64,000 nt of DNA from the human T2T-CHM13v2.0 reference genome, Homo sapiens. Position numbers and translations under genes: made by a program. Positions 13,194-31,369 of the stretch are shown here, piece by piece; within the stretch, counting starts at the first letter, position 1, and the number at the start of each line of letters is the position of its first letter. The stretch lies in the NCBI RefSeq assembly GCF_009914755.1, contig NC_060941.1. One strand, given 5' to 3'. The notes beneath the pieces are model-generated. The model was given only the letters and a program-made list of their open reading frames with translations, did no database searches and was not told the DNA's origin.

Positions 13194-15009
13194 TGACTCC
13201 AACTCTCCAACGGGTAAAGCACAAACACATTTACTTAACTGCACCCAATCTTGTGAATTTTGACACTTTTAAATTATAGGTAGTGTTCACCAATTCACCA
13301 CTGTATAATAGGAATAACATGGGATTCTGTGACTGTTCATGTAAAGGATTCATATAAAGCTCTATCATTTTCTAGTAGAGTTTCCCAAAATATTTTTTAA
13401 AAATATCAAGGGTTTCTAACATCTCAAGGATTAAAGACAATAATAAGTAAAGAGTTCTTCACACAGTTCTTTGGTGATGCCATGTGTTTAATTAATGCTA
13501 ATATCTTCTCCCATTCCGCCAAATTTCCCTTTGCAATAAGTTGCTCAATCGATAAATCAAATGATGAAAAAAAGATACAGTTGATAAAAATTAGAAATTG
13601 AGAATGTCTGGCTTCCCTGAAAGTTTTGAGATCTAGTTACCGTGACCACATATTTAGGGCAATACAGAATTTTAACAGAGGGACCAAAATTTGAAATTGA
13701 AAGCACTCTGAAAAAATACAAGAGCTGCCATGAGCACAGTAAAGATCTCTAATACACACAAATAAAAATCGAGTAAGTTAAAAGCACCGGCTTTTCTGCC
13801 CTCTCAACCCAAGGAGGTCATATCAATGCACAAACTAAAATGCACAATTCTATGCTTACCCACTATCACTACAGCCCAGTGAATGCTTTAAATCCCAGAC
13901 ATGGTTAAAAATATAGCTGGTTATGTGATTTTCTATTAAACCTAATATAGTGGGATGAACCATAATACCTTACAGGAGCAGATGAACTAGTATTTCCAAG
14001 GCAACCAAAGGATATCAATATCACTTTATTATTATTATTATTATTTTCATTCTGCAAGGAATCTTCCTTGAAGAGCAATTCCTTTTATGCATTGGTCTGC
14101 TTGATAGCTTTCTGAATAACTGTAATCCATAAGGCTTTGTACCTCTTTTTGCATGCTGGAAACACTCTGACTTAATCTAATTATCTCATGAAACTTCACT
14201 CTTAAATAAAGCTTGAAGTAAAATTAGAAAGCAGCCTCTTTCTTTTCCTTTAGTTACTGTCTTCATGGTACCTTCCTCTTGGCCGGTTGCTCATAAGAAA
14301 ATGGGCTATGCCTCTGCAGAGAAAGCATTCTTTACACTTCTCTCTGGCAAGGAGAAGTTGGGTTTGGGCCAAGTCGGGCCCCATGAAAAGAGAATAAAAT
14401 ATGACTGGAAACCTTCCTTCTGCATGACAAAGGAGTGGCTGGCTAGAAGCAAACATTTATTGAGCAAATATTGGAAGTCAGGCACGTTGAAAATATCACT
14501 GGTCTAAGAGATCTCAGATTTGCCAGGGAGAAAAATGGGCCAACATGAGATGTCAATATACTCCAATAAAGCCTATAAGGGTCAGCATTGATTCATTATC
14601 CAAACAGTGTGACATTTGAGAATGAAAGGGGAGCATCAAAAATTCTGCAAGGACAACTGACATAAACATTATCCTAATTAGGATCTAAATGTCTTGAAAC
14701 ACAAAGGAGAACCCTAATTGAAGTATACGTCAAGGCATGAGTCAAGAGAACTAAGATTTTTGGCTTACTAAGTGGTTGGCAATGACTCCAACTACAACAT
14801 GGATTTGGAGGAAGGTGGGCCACCAGAGGTTTCAGAGAAATTTTTGCGTTGGGTCATGAAGGAAAAATAGATGTTGTTAAGTGGAGAATCAGAAGAATGT
14901 TTCATACAAAATGAAAGAGCAAGGACAAAGATATAGAGTAGTAAAATTGGATACTGTGGCTCATACCAATTTGAACCCAGAGAAAACAATTAGAAGATTT
15001 CATTTTTCC

Positions 15010-16330
15010 CCTTCATATTGAAAAAATACAAAAGACTGACAATGCCAAGTACTCATAAAGGCATAGGTTAATACTCCATGTATAGGTAGAACTAATTTGG
15101 AGAATATCACCGAAGTGTCTAATAAAATTGAAGATGCATATGCCCTATAATCCGGAAGTCAAATTCCTGATATAAACCCACATGTGTATCCAAGAATACA
15201 AAAGAACATTCATTGCATATTGTTTATCATAGCGAAAAATTAGAAATAAGTTTTCATGAAGTGCAGAATGGAAAAATAAATTGTAGTAAATCCATTTAAT
15301 AGGGTACTATTCAGCAGTTAAATGAACTAAAACCCAATGGATCTATCAAAATAAGTAAGTCTCAACAAACATATTAAGTGGAAAAAGAAAACAAGCTACA
15401 GAAAGATATGTTCTATAAGATACCATAACAATAAAGATTAACAGCATGGAAATAGTACTACAAACTGTTTAATGTATACATTAAAAGGCTTGCATGGCTA
15501 CTGTACATAATGCTGCAATGAACATGCAAGTGAAAATATCTCTTTTGATCAATTATATACAATAGGGTTTGCACTCCTAAGAGATTATTCAGCTTTTAAA
15601 AAGAAGAAAATCCTGCCATTTGCCACAACATGAATGATCCTAGAAGACATTATGCTAAGTGAAACAAGCCAGATACAAAAATACAAATATTGCGTGATAT
15701 CACTTATATGTGAAATCTAAACTAGTCAAACTCATAGAAGCAGAGTGAAATGGTGGTTGACAAAAATTCAGGAAGGGGTAAGTGAGGAGGTATTAGTCAA
15801 GGGTACAAAGCACTTTATCCGCACTTGGAATATACAAGTCCTAGAAATCTACAGTACAGGATAGTGCCTATAGTTAACAGTATTGTATTGTATACTTAAA
15901 TATTTGCTAAGATGGTAGATCTTATGTAAAATTTTCTTATCACACACAAAATAGTAGAAATAATAAAGAGAGCAGAAAGAAACTTCTGGAGGTGATAGGT
16001 TTATGGCATAGATTGTGGTGATGGTTTCATGAGTGTGTATTTATCTCTAAACTCATGAAGTTGTATATATTAAATATGTACAGCCTATGTCAATTATATC
16101 TCAAAGTTTTTTAAAGCTTGTGTGAGAATGCAAATATAGAGTCTTGGACAGTGGTTTGATCTAGGTAGAAAAGTAAAGAAGAGAATCAATTAAGATGTAC
16201 ATAGTTGCCTTTAACTGTGATTGTATCTTTATTTCTTAAAAGAGAAGAGGGAAATGTGACACAAATTGGCAGGTTTTTAGATCTGATAGAGCTGGGGGAT
16301 GGTTACATAGGAGTCCCCTCTATTTTATGG
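15010..16330 (+). mobile_element. Old L1M 3' end hosting an L1MA-like 3' end (about 15498-16110)
   Basis: L1 3' motifs such as gaagacattatgctaagtgaaa; approximate TSD ttaaaaggcttgcatg/ttaaagcttgtgtg. Confidence 0.75.
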
Positions 16331-16762
16331 GGAGATTAGTAGGGATCTGAAGCCAAGCTGTCTGAGTCCAATCCAGTCCAGCTCAACCACTTCACCAGTG
16401 CGTGACACCTTGGGAGAATGATTTTACCTCTCCAAGTGTCAACTCCTTTCCTATAAGATATGGCTAATAACAGTGCTACAATGACTAAATGAGTTAGTGT
16501 TTGAAAGCTCTTAGAGACTACAGGAATAAATAAGTGATGGTGAAATAAAAATAAACAATGTATTGCACAGCTCAAGTAGGTAGAGGACAGGAGAGCTGGG
16601 ATGGGTGATGATAACCTTACTTCAATCTCATTTTTCATGACAAGGAAACTAAGGTTAGGGGAGTAGAATTAACTTTGATTACAAGGTAGAAGCAATCAGA
16701 GATATCACACTGGGCTCACAACAAAAGAACTGTATAACTGGAAGGCTCCTTGGTGATCCTAC

Positions 16763-17611
16763 TGATAGGGACAGGAGGCAGAGAAATTCTAGCCAGAAAA
16801 GGGTGAGTCTCTGGTGAAGCCCCACCTTCAAGCTGAAAAGCCTGAAACAACAGCCCAAAGTGAGAAATTCTATCGCTGTTTTTCCACTTGAATGTTTCCT
16901 TTTCATAAACCACCCATGGCCCCACCATGCCTCATCCTGTGCCTATAAAGTCCCCAGAGTCAGCCAGCAGAGAGGAGGAGCAGCTGGATGTCAGAGAGCA
17001 GCAGCTTGACTTCAGAGGGATGGCTTGATGGAGTAACTTCAGAGAATAATCTGGCCAGAGATGGCTAGACTTCAAGGGAAGATTACCTACCCTCTCATCC
17101 GTCTCCCCTTTTCAGCTCCCCTTCCCAGTGAGACCCACTTTCATTGGCAATAAAATCTCCTGCATTTACCATTCTTCAATTTGTGTGACCTCACTTTTCC
17201 TGGATGCTGTACAAGAGCCCAAGAGCCATGAGTGTAGATACAAAAAGCTGTCACACTGGCCCTTTGCCCTTGCTGGCAGAGGGCAGCTGCCTCACACAAA
17301 AAAACAAAAGACTCACTGAGCTGTTAACATTTAAGCCATCCACAGATGGCAGTGCTAAAAGAGCACTGTAACACATCATCTGGGGCTTCAGGGGTCACAG
17401 GCACCCCTACCTGGATGCTGCCGTGGGGCCCACATGGAGTTCACTCCTGCTGGTGCCGATGTGTCTAGTCAGTTCCAACACTCATGCACTCCAGTTCCTG
17501 CCTCGTTCGCTCATGCACTCTCTCCCATGAGGAGTTGAGGGCGGTGGGCTATGTAAATGAGGCATTCCTGTTGTGAGTCCCATGAAGGGGTCAGGGAAGT
17601 ATCCTGCTTCA
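16763..17611 (+). mobile_element. ERV1 solo LTR, MER50-like
   Basis: TG...CA termini (tgatagggacaggaggcag...cctgcttca), internal aataaa, 4-bp TSD ctac/ctag. Confidence 0.75.
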
Positions 17612-17716
17612 CTAGCATTTAGTACAGAAGTTGACAAAACTTTTCCATAGAAAAACAGGCCTTGGGTAGGATTTGGCTCATGGACTCTCAGGCTGTAGTT
17701 GGCCAACACCTTGTCT

Positions 17717-17900
17717 AGGGGTTCTCAAATATTCTATGCATCAGAATCACCTGGAGAGCTAGTTAAACACAGATTGGTGGGCCCCACCCCCAGATTTTCT
17801 GATTCGGTAGGGGTGGGGCCTGAGAATTTGCATTTCCCACGAGTTCCCAGAGGATGTTGATGCTGCTGGGCCAGGGGCCACATGTGGGGGTGTCCACCGT
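17717..17900. mobile_element. MER5A (hAT)
   Basis: gcatcagaatcacctggagagct...gagaatttgcatttc motifs. Confidence 0.8.
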
Positions 17901-18059
17901 TGTAATGTAACTTTCTCATTTTATACTTGAATAGAATGAGGCCAAACTGGATCAATGAATAGAATTGATCCAATTTTGTTAAGTGAGATCAGACAGCAAG
18001 TAAAAGAATTTAGGCTTCATTCGAAATCTTGTTTATTTTAAAATAACATATAAAGTTAC

Positions 18060-19190
18060 AACTGTATCCTGGGTGCTGTGCTAGGCTCTGGGTATATAAA
18101 GATAAATGTGACATGGTCCTTGCCTTCCAGAGGCTTGCAGTATAGTAGAAGAAATGAGATAATAGATGATACAGTATGTAAGACTCCTGGGAGCATAGGA
18201 AACATTGGGACCCCAGAGAATTACCTGGTTTCTTGAAGGAGGGGCCACCTGGAGTATCTTGAAGAATAAATAGTCATCCAACAGGAAAAATAGGCAGGTG
18301 AGGGGAGGAAATTCCAGGTAAAGGGAACAGATTGTGTAAGGCATAAGAGAAGCAACATGGCATCATGCTTCACAGTAGGAATTCTGGCTCTGCCACTTAC
18401 TAGCCTGGGTCAGTTATTTAACCTGAAAACCTCAGTGTCTTCTTCCAAACATAGGGATAATAAAAGAACTGACCACCTAGGGTTGATGTGTGAATTACAT
18501 AAGATAATGAATGTATAGTGTTTTGGCCTAGTGCCTGAAACACAATTAGTCCTTAATAAATATGGGCAATTGTTATTTGTGTTATTATTATAGCCAGTGA
18601 TGTATCAGAGCATGATACATTCACAGTCATTAATGAACTAAAGTATGAGGTGCAGGTGGAGCTACTGAGGCGGGCAAGGCCAGAAAATGAAGGACTCTAG
18701 TCCCTGCCTGACTCAGGGAGGGCAGTGAGCAGAGAGTGGCAGAAGAGTGGCATTCTAAGGTCTCCATTATAATTGAAGGAGGAGAGAATGATTAAGACAA
18801 GTGATGTGGTAACCAAGAATTGGGAAAAGATTTTGAAGAAAAGATGATGAGGTCAATTTTGGAAATCAGTGGGATATCGAAATGGAAATGTCTGGAACTC
18901 AAAAGAAAGATCTTGGCTACCCAAATTCGAAATCCCTGGGTTGGCAGTTGAATAGATGGAAGTGAAATATCACCCTGCAATATTATGTAGGGAGAAGAGA
19001 GTTCACACCAATGCTTAAAAAGTCAGCATTGAGAAGTAGAAAAGAAGTAGAAAAGAAGAATCATGAGACAGCATCCAAGTAGCTAAGAGAGAATAATTTT
19101 AAGGAGGAGTTGCAGTCAACAATATAGAATACTCCAGAGATCAAGCAAGATAAAGATCAGTGAGTAACACCTGGATTTAGAACCAGGAGA
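18060..19190 (-). mobile_element. L2 fragments interrupted by a MIR (about 18375-18570, +)
   Basis: Purine-rich antisense L2 motifs such as gtgctgtgctaggctctggg. Confidence 0.6.
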
Positions 19191-19369
19191 GGCAACTTAG
19201 ACCTCTGCTTTATACTAGGTGGAATGCATTGTGTACATTTCATAAAGAAATATATATTTGCATATAAGGTAAAAGGGGATAAGCAGAAATTAAGTCAAAG
19301 AGCAATTTTTCTCCCCATAATGAACAAAATACCCTCCTCCTAAAAACCTCAAGAATAAAGATTTGAAAG

Positions 19370-19850
19370 CTTTACTCTCACCCTCTCCCCAAGGACATTC
19401 CAAGCCCTCTGTGATCCCCAGATGACACTAGACCAGCCTCAACTCCTCTGACATTTTTATGAAGATTGTCTTAACTATGCAGAGTCTGTATTTTCCCAAT
19501 ACACACCGTGACTTTTCTAGCCTCTGTGCCTTTGGTCATCCTGCTCCCTCAGTGAAGAATTCCCTTAACTTTTCCTAAAATAAGGAAATAATTCTCTCAT
19601 ACCTTAAAGCTTGATTCTTGTTCCATACCAGACCCTCATTATCTTGCCCACCTACTACTATCCTCTGGCCCAAAACTCTTTATAGCATTTTTTTTTTCAC
19701 AACCTACACTCCTTTTATTTACCTCCTCAATTCCTCAAGGTGAAAAACTACTCCCTCTCTGTTGGTGTGTATTCTATCCAATTGTTTCGTTGTATCCAAG
19801 TTCCTGGTATACAGAAGGCAGTCAATAAACAGTATTGAAAGGATGGAGGA
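19370..19850 (+). mobile_element. L2 3' end
   Basis: Ends cctggtatacagaaggcagtcaataaacagtattgaa. Confidence 0.6.
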
Positions 19851-21339
19851 AACAGGTATCATGCTTAAAATGCATTTCTAAATAATTCAGGACAAGCAAA
19901 AGAAAATTAATTAAGAAGTTATGCACATAAACTGAACAACTGAGTGGGATACAGAGAACTGAAGTTTACAGAGAGGATGTGGGAGAGGGGACGGCTTACG
20001 AAGAAGAGGAAAGTAACCAGGTATCTACTAGGCACACTTGTCAAAAGTAATTTTATCGTCACATAAACTTTAAAATACTGTTATCGTTCCCATTTCAAGA
20101 ATGAGTGCACAGAAGCTTGGAGAGGCTACCAATTTTTGCCCAAATAGAGCAGCTTATGTCAGTACAAAATTGAATATGATTCTTACAATACTTCAGGATT
20201 CTGATACCATGTTGCTTTTTGGAATTAGAATACAGAAGACTAAACTGAATTAAACACTAAAGCAAGATGTAAATAGAGACTTGGCATCCATTAACTGATC
20301 TAGTAAATGGCATCTGTACTGCTGAGGCAATAACAGATACGTGTATAAAAAATGGATTTATAAAGGAGAGAAATCAGATCTGTCTCATCTACTTGCCTCA
20401 TACAATTGTGATGAGAAGCAAGTAAGACAATGTATTTTGCAGGCATTTTGCAAAACTGGAACAACTCTCTGTATCTAAGAGACAATAAGTTATAGGACTC
20501 CTGACTTCCTCCCTGCTCTACACTCTTTAAACATTTCTCTTGCCAATTTTTTGCTTATCCTTTCCTTTTTGCCTTAATCATCAAAACATGATTGCAATTA
20601 AGACTTGGTGTTTCTCTGGGTCCTGTTTCGAATTATTTTAATAACATGGTATATTTCAAGAAGTATTTCAAATAGTGTCATAGAAATTTTGACTAGGGGT
20701 CAGAAGGCCTGTTATTTCTCTTGGCCTCACTTTCTTTACCTGTAAAGTGAGAGAACGGAATTAAATGATTTCTAAAATTTTTCCCAACTCATGCATTTTA
20801 TAATTATTTACTCTTCTGAAATTCCTGTGATAAGGGAAGTGTAGATTAATTCTCCCCCATCTTGACAATTTGGTTCTTAGGAATCTGAGAATATCTTTAT
20901 TTTCTTGTTCTTGATATGATTCCAAGAAAGCAAATACGTATTAGACAAATTTCTCTCTGAGTATTATTATTGTAGCACTGAAATCCAGGATGAGTAACTT
21001 TTTCCTCTAAATATTAGATTAAGTTCCTATTCTCACTGTTGACAGGGATTAAAAAAATACTTCCATTCCACACAGCACCTTTTGTCAGCTAGAAGCTGAT
21101 AGAAAATTTCAGGGGAGAAGTGATCATCTTAAACAGCAGGCCCTGGCTTTAATTCAGGGAATGAAAGTTACATTGATTTTTTTTAAAGTGATCTGAAACC
21201 AGCAGGAATCTCTATCCAAAGCCCAGACAGATGGCTGAACCAATGGGCTCCCTGTGATCATCTCTGCTACCCATATATCATTTGGGTAGAAAATAAATGG
21301 GTTTTAAATTACCTTTAGTTCCAGATAGACCTAGAAATT

Positions 21340-21760
21340 AAATCTCTACACATTTGAAAAAAGCTAATACCACCTTAAGCTGCATTAATAGAAATCAATT
21401 TCTTTGTCATGGGAAGTAATTGACTCATTCATCCTATATTTAAGTTAGAATATTCATTTCTTTTAATCATATGCTAAGTGTAAAAGTAACACATTAGAGT
21501 TTGTCCAAAGAATAATGGGTAGTACATTAAGAGGGTCTGAAAGTCATGTTCTCTATAAGACAACAGAGGATTGTAATTCAGATAAAAGACGATTTAAGAG
21601 AGACCTCATAATGGTCGTCAATTATTAATATATAATACAGTACATTCTATGTTATTCAGGAGGACATAGCAGATAAACAGGAGGAAGAGATATTTGATTA
21701 AATGGTACAGAGAAGATTCCAAAGGATCAAGCAATCCTGAGTTAGAACAGGTCTTCTCAG
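21340..21760 (+). mobile_element. L3/CR1 fragment
   Basis: aagctaat...ctgcattaatagaa and gagtttgtccaaagaa are typical of the CR1 3' region. Confidence 0.55.
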
Positions 21761-23170
21761 AAGGTGACACTGACTAGACACACAATGTGTGAAGGAGTGG
21801 GCAAATGGCTATCAGTTGGAGATGATATAGCTGGGAAGTAACAAATATTCTTTATAAAATTAAGATCCCCTTTTTCCTTTCTTTTTTTTCTTTTTTTTTT
21901 TTTTGGAGTCATTCTCAAGTCACTTTCAAAATCAATAACAGAAAAACCACCATCTCCCCTGGAGGAAAGACATGGGCTCTCATCTTCATCTGTAAACATG
22001 GAACCCTGATATCAGGTTCCATAAATATCTGCTCTATTTATGAGTGCTCATGTTTGTTTTCCACTAGTGGTATCATTTTTATTACAGGTATTAGGACCCT
22101 CATATCCTTTTCTATGATAGCAATTTGCTCTCTGTTTTTCCTTGAAAGCCTTCTCTGCATTCTAGAGATGTTGAATGTAGGTCTTCAAATAGAGAATCAT
22201 TAAAGAAACTTTCATTTCAGACCACCATGGAATGACAGGGATGAGATTACCCTCATGCCTTAAACAATTAGATAATTAGTATAGATACATAAAAAGTGGT
22301 TTTCAGACATTGGACAGCAGGCTATGCAGGACAATGATCCCTGAAAGAAGAGAAACAAACAAGATGACCCTTATAAATGGCCCAGAGCATCATCTGAAAA
22401 AAATGTTTCCAGATCAAAGCACAGAGAGGGAGAACCCAAACCGAATCCAGTAGCCTCACTGAGTGGAGGGGACAGAGTTCAGAGTTCGGAGAGACCAAGG
22501 CAGCTAGAAATCATGGTGCAAGTTACTGAAGAGGAAGGAACTATTCCAAGATGGACTGCCAGAAATGTGCAGATGGGTCTTTTGAGTCTTTGGCTGAGGG
22601 TGAATGTTAGCATGCTGGAGAGAAGAATACCCAAAGCCAGGGGAGAAAACTGAAAAGAGGTAATCACAACAATTTCTGAAGGTCACAAAGGGCTGGGAAG
22701 AGTTTGTATTCCCAACAGGTAAAGGGGCAATACACAGGTAAATAATACACACAACATCAGGTAGAACCCATGAAAGGGCATGGTCTTGGTAGAGGAGCTA
22801 AATTAGCCTTAGAATGATTTCTGGAACTACCCTAATGAAGCAAAGCTTCCAAGCCTACAAGAGATTCCAAGTAGCTTAACTGCATACTAGAAGAAAATCC
22901 AACACTAGAAAAGGAATATGACAAAATCCAGCAACCCAAAAAGTAAAATTCACAATATCTACCATCAATTCAAAATGGCAAGACATACAAAGAAGCAAGA
23001 AAAGATAACCTGTGCCCAGGAGAAAAACCAATCAATGGCAACAAAAGCAGAAACAACACAAATGATACAATTAGCAGACACAAACATTGAGATTGCTATT
23101 ATCATGATTTTCCATATGTTCAGGAAGTAGACAAAAGCATGAGCATGATTAGAAGATAAATGGAAGCTTT

Positions 23171-26356
<3,186 letters not shown>

Positions 26357-29300
26357 AGAGAAATGGAAGCTTTCCAAAATATACAAAGGGAACTTCTAGA
26401 CATAAAAAATTTAAATATCTGAAATGAAAAAATATACTTCATGAGATTAGTAGCAGATTAAATACTGCAGAAGAAAAGATCTTGAACTAGAAGAAACAGC
26501 AACAGAAACTATTAAACTTAAAGTGCAAAGAGAAATAAAGAAGAAAATTGAACAGAACCTCAACAACTTGTGAAACACTATCAAGCAATCTAAGATATGT
26601 ATAACTAGAATCCCAGAAGGAATTGAGATTGGAAAGTGGGTGATGGTAACAACTGTGAAGAAATCATGGCCAAATCTTTCCAAATTTTATGAAGACCTAT
26701 AAATCCAAGAAGCTCAATGAACCATAAAAAATTGAACATAAATAAAACCACAATAAGATGCATCATAACAAAATAAATGAAAACCAGAACAAAGAAAAAA
26801 TCTTAGAAGTGGGCAAACTAAAAAATATATTACATACAGAGATACAAAGGTAAGAATGCTAGTAAACTTACTTAAAACTACGCAAAACAAAACTAACTGA
26901 TGCAATATCAAATACAGAAAACCAACCATCAACCTACTTAGATTTTATTATCTAGTAAAAACACATTTTATAAATAAAGGTTAAATAAAGCCCATTTCGG
27001 AAAAAAATATATAAAAACATTCATTGCCGAGAGCTCTGCAATATTTCAAAGAACTATTTAAGGAGGTACTAAAATCGTATAGAAAATGATAGCTTTATAG
27101 ATGGAAATTTGGATCTACACAAGGGAATAAACATAAAAGTTAAATATTTGGATAAATATGAAAGATTTTTCTCATTTTTAATTTCTTCAAAAGATAAATT
27201 ATGATTTAAAGTGAAAATAACAATTGTAATACAGTATATAACATGAGTAGGAATAAAATATATGACATTAATACCACAGAGCCAAGAGGAGGGCAATGGA
27301 ACTATACTGTTGTAAGGTTTCCATATGCTAATAAGAGTGCTTCAAAATAAATAAAGAAAAATTGCTAGAACTGAAAGAAGAAATATGCAAATCCACAAGG
27401 ATAATTGGAGATTTCAACACACCTCATTAAATAATTGACATAACTATGAAAAAATCAGTTAATGTACGGAAGACTTGAAAAACACTTTCAACCAATGGAA
27501 CCTAAACGACATGTATTTTAAAACTCCACCAAATAACAGCACTATATGCATTCATTTCAAGTGCACGTGGCATGTTTTGCAATTTGATCATACTGTGAGA
27601 CATAAAACAAGTCTTAAAAAGTTAAGACGTATGACAATCACAACAGAAATGAACTAGATATGAGTAATAGGAATATACCTAGGAAAATTTTAAGATATTT
27701 GGCACTCAACTAGTGTATTTTAAATAACTCATGGGTCAAAAATTACAGAGAAATAAGAAAATAGTTTGAACTGAATAAAAATTAAATCACACATACTAAG
27801 ATTTGTGGGATGTTGCTAATGTAGTACCTACAGGGAAATTTCCAGCACTAAATTCTTATATTAAAAAATAATGCATGCAAGGTTTTTAGCTTTCAGCTTA
27901 AAAAACTAGAAAGAGCAGAGAAAACTGAACCTAAAATAAAGAAAAAGACATAATAAAGAAATCAATTAAATGGAAAACAAAGAAAAAAGAAAATCCATGA
28001 CACCAACCAAGAACTGTTCTTTTGAGAAATTGACAAAATTGGTAAGCTTCTAGTAAAAAAAAAAAAGAATTTAATAGGAAAATAATATATAAAAGGTATA
28101 AATTATCAACAGTACAAAGGGAAGGAAGGAATTTATCACTAAGATTCTACAGACACCGAAAGTATACTAAAAGGATATAATGAGTAATGTTATGCTAATA
28201 AATTTTACAACTTATATGAAAACGACAAATTCCTTGAAAATACTTTCTACCAAAGCTTACTGTAGAAGAAATAATCTGGATAGTCATATAACAATTCAAG
28301 ATACTGAAGTAGTTATAAATCTTTATAAAAATTGTGTAGGCCTAGATGGTTTCATTGATGCCTTTCTACCAAACATTTAATCTTCTAGAAAATAGAAGAT
28401 GATGGAACACTTTACAGCTCCTTTCAGAAACCAGACACAGAATCACCTTGACACTAAAACCAGACAAAAACATTATATAGAAAAAAAACTTTTAGACCAA
28501 TATACCTCTTTAACATAAGTTCAAAAATCTTTAACAAAGTATTAGCAAATGGAATACAACAATATATTAAAGAATAATATATCATAGTCAAGTGCAGTTC
28601 ATCCCAGAAATAAAAGGTTGGTCCAACATTCAAAAACAAATCATTAATTCACCATTTTAACACACTAAAAATAAAAGACCACACAGCCATTTCCATAGAT
28701 GCAGCAATTCCTCTCCTAGGTATTTAATCAAGAGAAATGAAAACATATGTTCATACACGGACTTTGCAGATGAATGTTCATAAGTTTTATTTCAGATAAA
28801 CAAAATCTAGAAACAACTCAAACTGTTCATCAATATGTGATTGTGATGTATGTATAGAATAAATCACTATTCAGCAATATAAAGGAATGAACTGCTAATA
28901 CAGTCAACAATATAACATGGATGAACTTTAAAAGCACCATGCTAAGGGAAAGAAATGCTACAAAAGATTATATGCATATGGTTCTCTTAATATGAACCTC
29001 TGGGAAATGTAAAATTGTATTGGTTTCCAAGGGTGAAGGGGTCAGAGGAGTTCCTCTACTACAATGAGGCACAAGGGAACATTTTGGGATCATAAAAATA
29101 TTACATATCCTGCTTTTACAGCACTGTATACACTTGTGAAAACTCACAAAATTGTAAATTTGAAATTAAAGAATTTTACTATAAGTAAATAATATCTCAA
29201 CAGAATAGATATTTAAAAGACTATAAGGTTTTCACAAGTCTTAAATTTTAGACTATAAACTCTCAACATCTCCCTTTTTCCTAAGTCTTTTAAAATGAAA

Positions 29301-30099
29301 GTTCAATTTTAAGAAAAGTTTCACACAAAAGTAATTCATGCAAATTATTTTTAAAAATAGAAAATGTAGAAATGTACAAAAAGACAATAACTATCATCCA
29401 GAGATAAATACATATTTTTTGCAGCTTTCCTTCCAGAGTTTTTCTTCTATAGTTATGAGAGAATATAAAAAATTTAATAATACTGTATATGTGATTCAAT
29501 ATCTTGCTTTTATCACTAAAACTACAAAATTAAAACCTAATATATGGAATTTATTTCCCTGATTAGAAAACTCAGAATATCTAGTTCATAAGTATTGCAA
29601 AATAACTCTTTCCAACTTAAAAAATTCCAGTTAGAAAATATGTTTTATGGTGAAACAATATTATATTAGTAAAATAAAAGCCTGAAAAAGTTTCATTTGG
29701 TCTTATTTAGATGAAAACAAATGAATTTTCAAGACTTGCTTCTCATCTATACACCAATGGCTCCATCCAATCTCCCACACCCACAAAAATAAAAAAAAAA
29801 AAAAAACATTTGTTTTTGGTTTTATTTTGCTGAAGCATCTGAAAGGCAGTTTGCTGAGAGCCAAACTGGGGGAAAAAATGTCTCGTTTAGAGTTCACCCT
29901 ATCTGCAAAAGTCTTAACTTTGGAGTCAGTCACTTAACATTCTTGGTTTTAGTATATATTTCAGGAAAAGATGTAATAAATCACTCCAAGATACAAATGC
30001 ATCTGGGAAGCAGAATCATTCCACTGGAAAGCAAGACAAAGGGGGCAGTGCTCTGCAGGTACTAATCAGATAGAAAGAAGCAGCTGAGAGCGATTTCTT

Positions 30100-30900
30100 G
30101 CATCTGTTTATCAAGTACATAAATACTTTAAGCACCTACTGTTAGCCAGGCACCGTGCAGGCAGTATAGCGGGTGGAAAGATACAAATTACTTGCCCTCT
30201 AGGACTTGACAGTCTGTACACACAAATTCCTATAATGTGATGTCTATCGTAAAGAGTACAAAGAAAGTTTAAGAATTCAGAATTGAATTTGATCATTTCC
30301 AGCTGAAACATCAAGGAGCCATGAAAGGGGGTAATCTAAAGCTGGCTTGTGTGGAATGAGTCAGATTTCAACAGGCAGGTATAGGAGCCCTCAGGGTGGG
30401 GTAGAGTAGGAAAATAATCTGAATATGCTGAGAGGCATGACAAAGCTGCTGAGCTGAGAATGCTGAGGACATACCCAGGGAAGAGTTAATTAGTCCAGGT
30501 TGACAGCAGTAGCTACATGCTGGGGAATTGTGACTGATGAGCTTAGAAGTTGAGGCCAAATTGCAGATGGCTTTGGCTACCAGGAGAGATGTGTAGACAT
30601 TACCCTACAAGAAATGGGAGGTCATTGAAGGTTTTCGATCAAGGGTATAATAGGATGCTGTTGTGCTTTGATTAGTCTTGTTGCAATGACTAAAAAATGA
30701 TTGAAGAAAATAAAAACAAGGTAGGGGTTTATCACAATATTCTGAAAGCCTGAAACCACAATGGTAGCAGAAGGCATAAAATAAAATGACATATATAAGA
30801 ATTATTTTGTAGTTAAAAGCTATGAGTTTGAGCAATATTGACTTTAAGTGGTGGGCGTTAGGAAGAATCAAGATCCAGAAGGCTAAACAGGAGCAGAAGT
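30100..30900 (-). mobile_element. L2
   Basis: aaatactttaagcacctactgttagccaggcac and other antisense L2 motifs. Confidence 0.6.
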
Positions 30901-30984
30901 ACTTTCATTGCCATCTCACATATTCACTTATGATTGCGAGAGTCTCACTGAATCCAGGTGTGACCACAGGATGCTCAGAATAGT

Positions 30985-31230
30985 ACCATGGCAGAGTACT
31001 CAGAATGTGAATTCTGCAGCTGGACTGCCTGGGTTTGAGTCCTGATTCTGCTACTTACTAGCTATGCGGCCTTGAGTAAGTTACTAAACCAGCACATGCC
31101 TCCTCTCATAAAATATGGCCAACAATCATAATAATTCCTTTATGTGAAAGTTAGGAGAAATAAACAAGTTAACATTTGCAAAGTGCTTGGAGTCATGCCT
31201 GGCACAAAGTAAGTGTTTTACAAGTGTTTG
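30985..31230 (+). mobile_element. MIR, near full length
   Basis: ggactgcctgggtttgagtcctgattctgctacttactagct...gcctggcacaaagtaagtg. Confidence 0.85.
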
Positions 31231-31369
31231 TTAAAACAAACAAAACCTCACTATGTTCACATAGTCCTATATTAATGTGAGTTGCCATTGTGGGTGAAAC
31301 TTTTGGCATCTCTGCCCATCTCCTAAAGCGTTGTCTTTTCTTTGTTCTTAATCTTTTGTTTGAAAGCTA

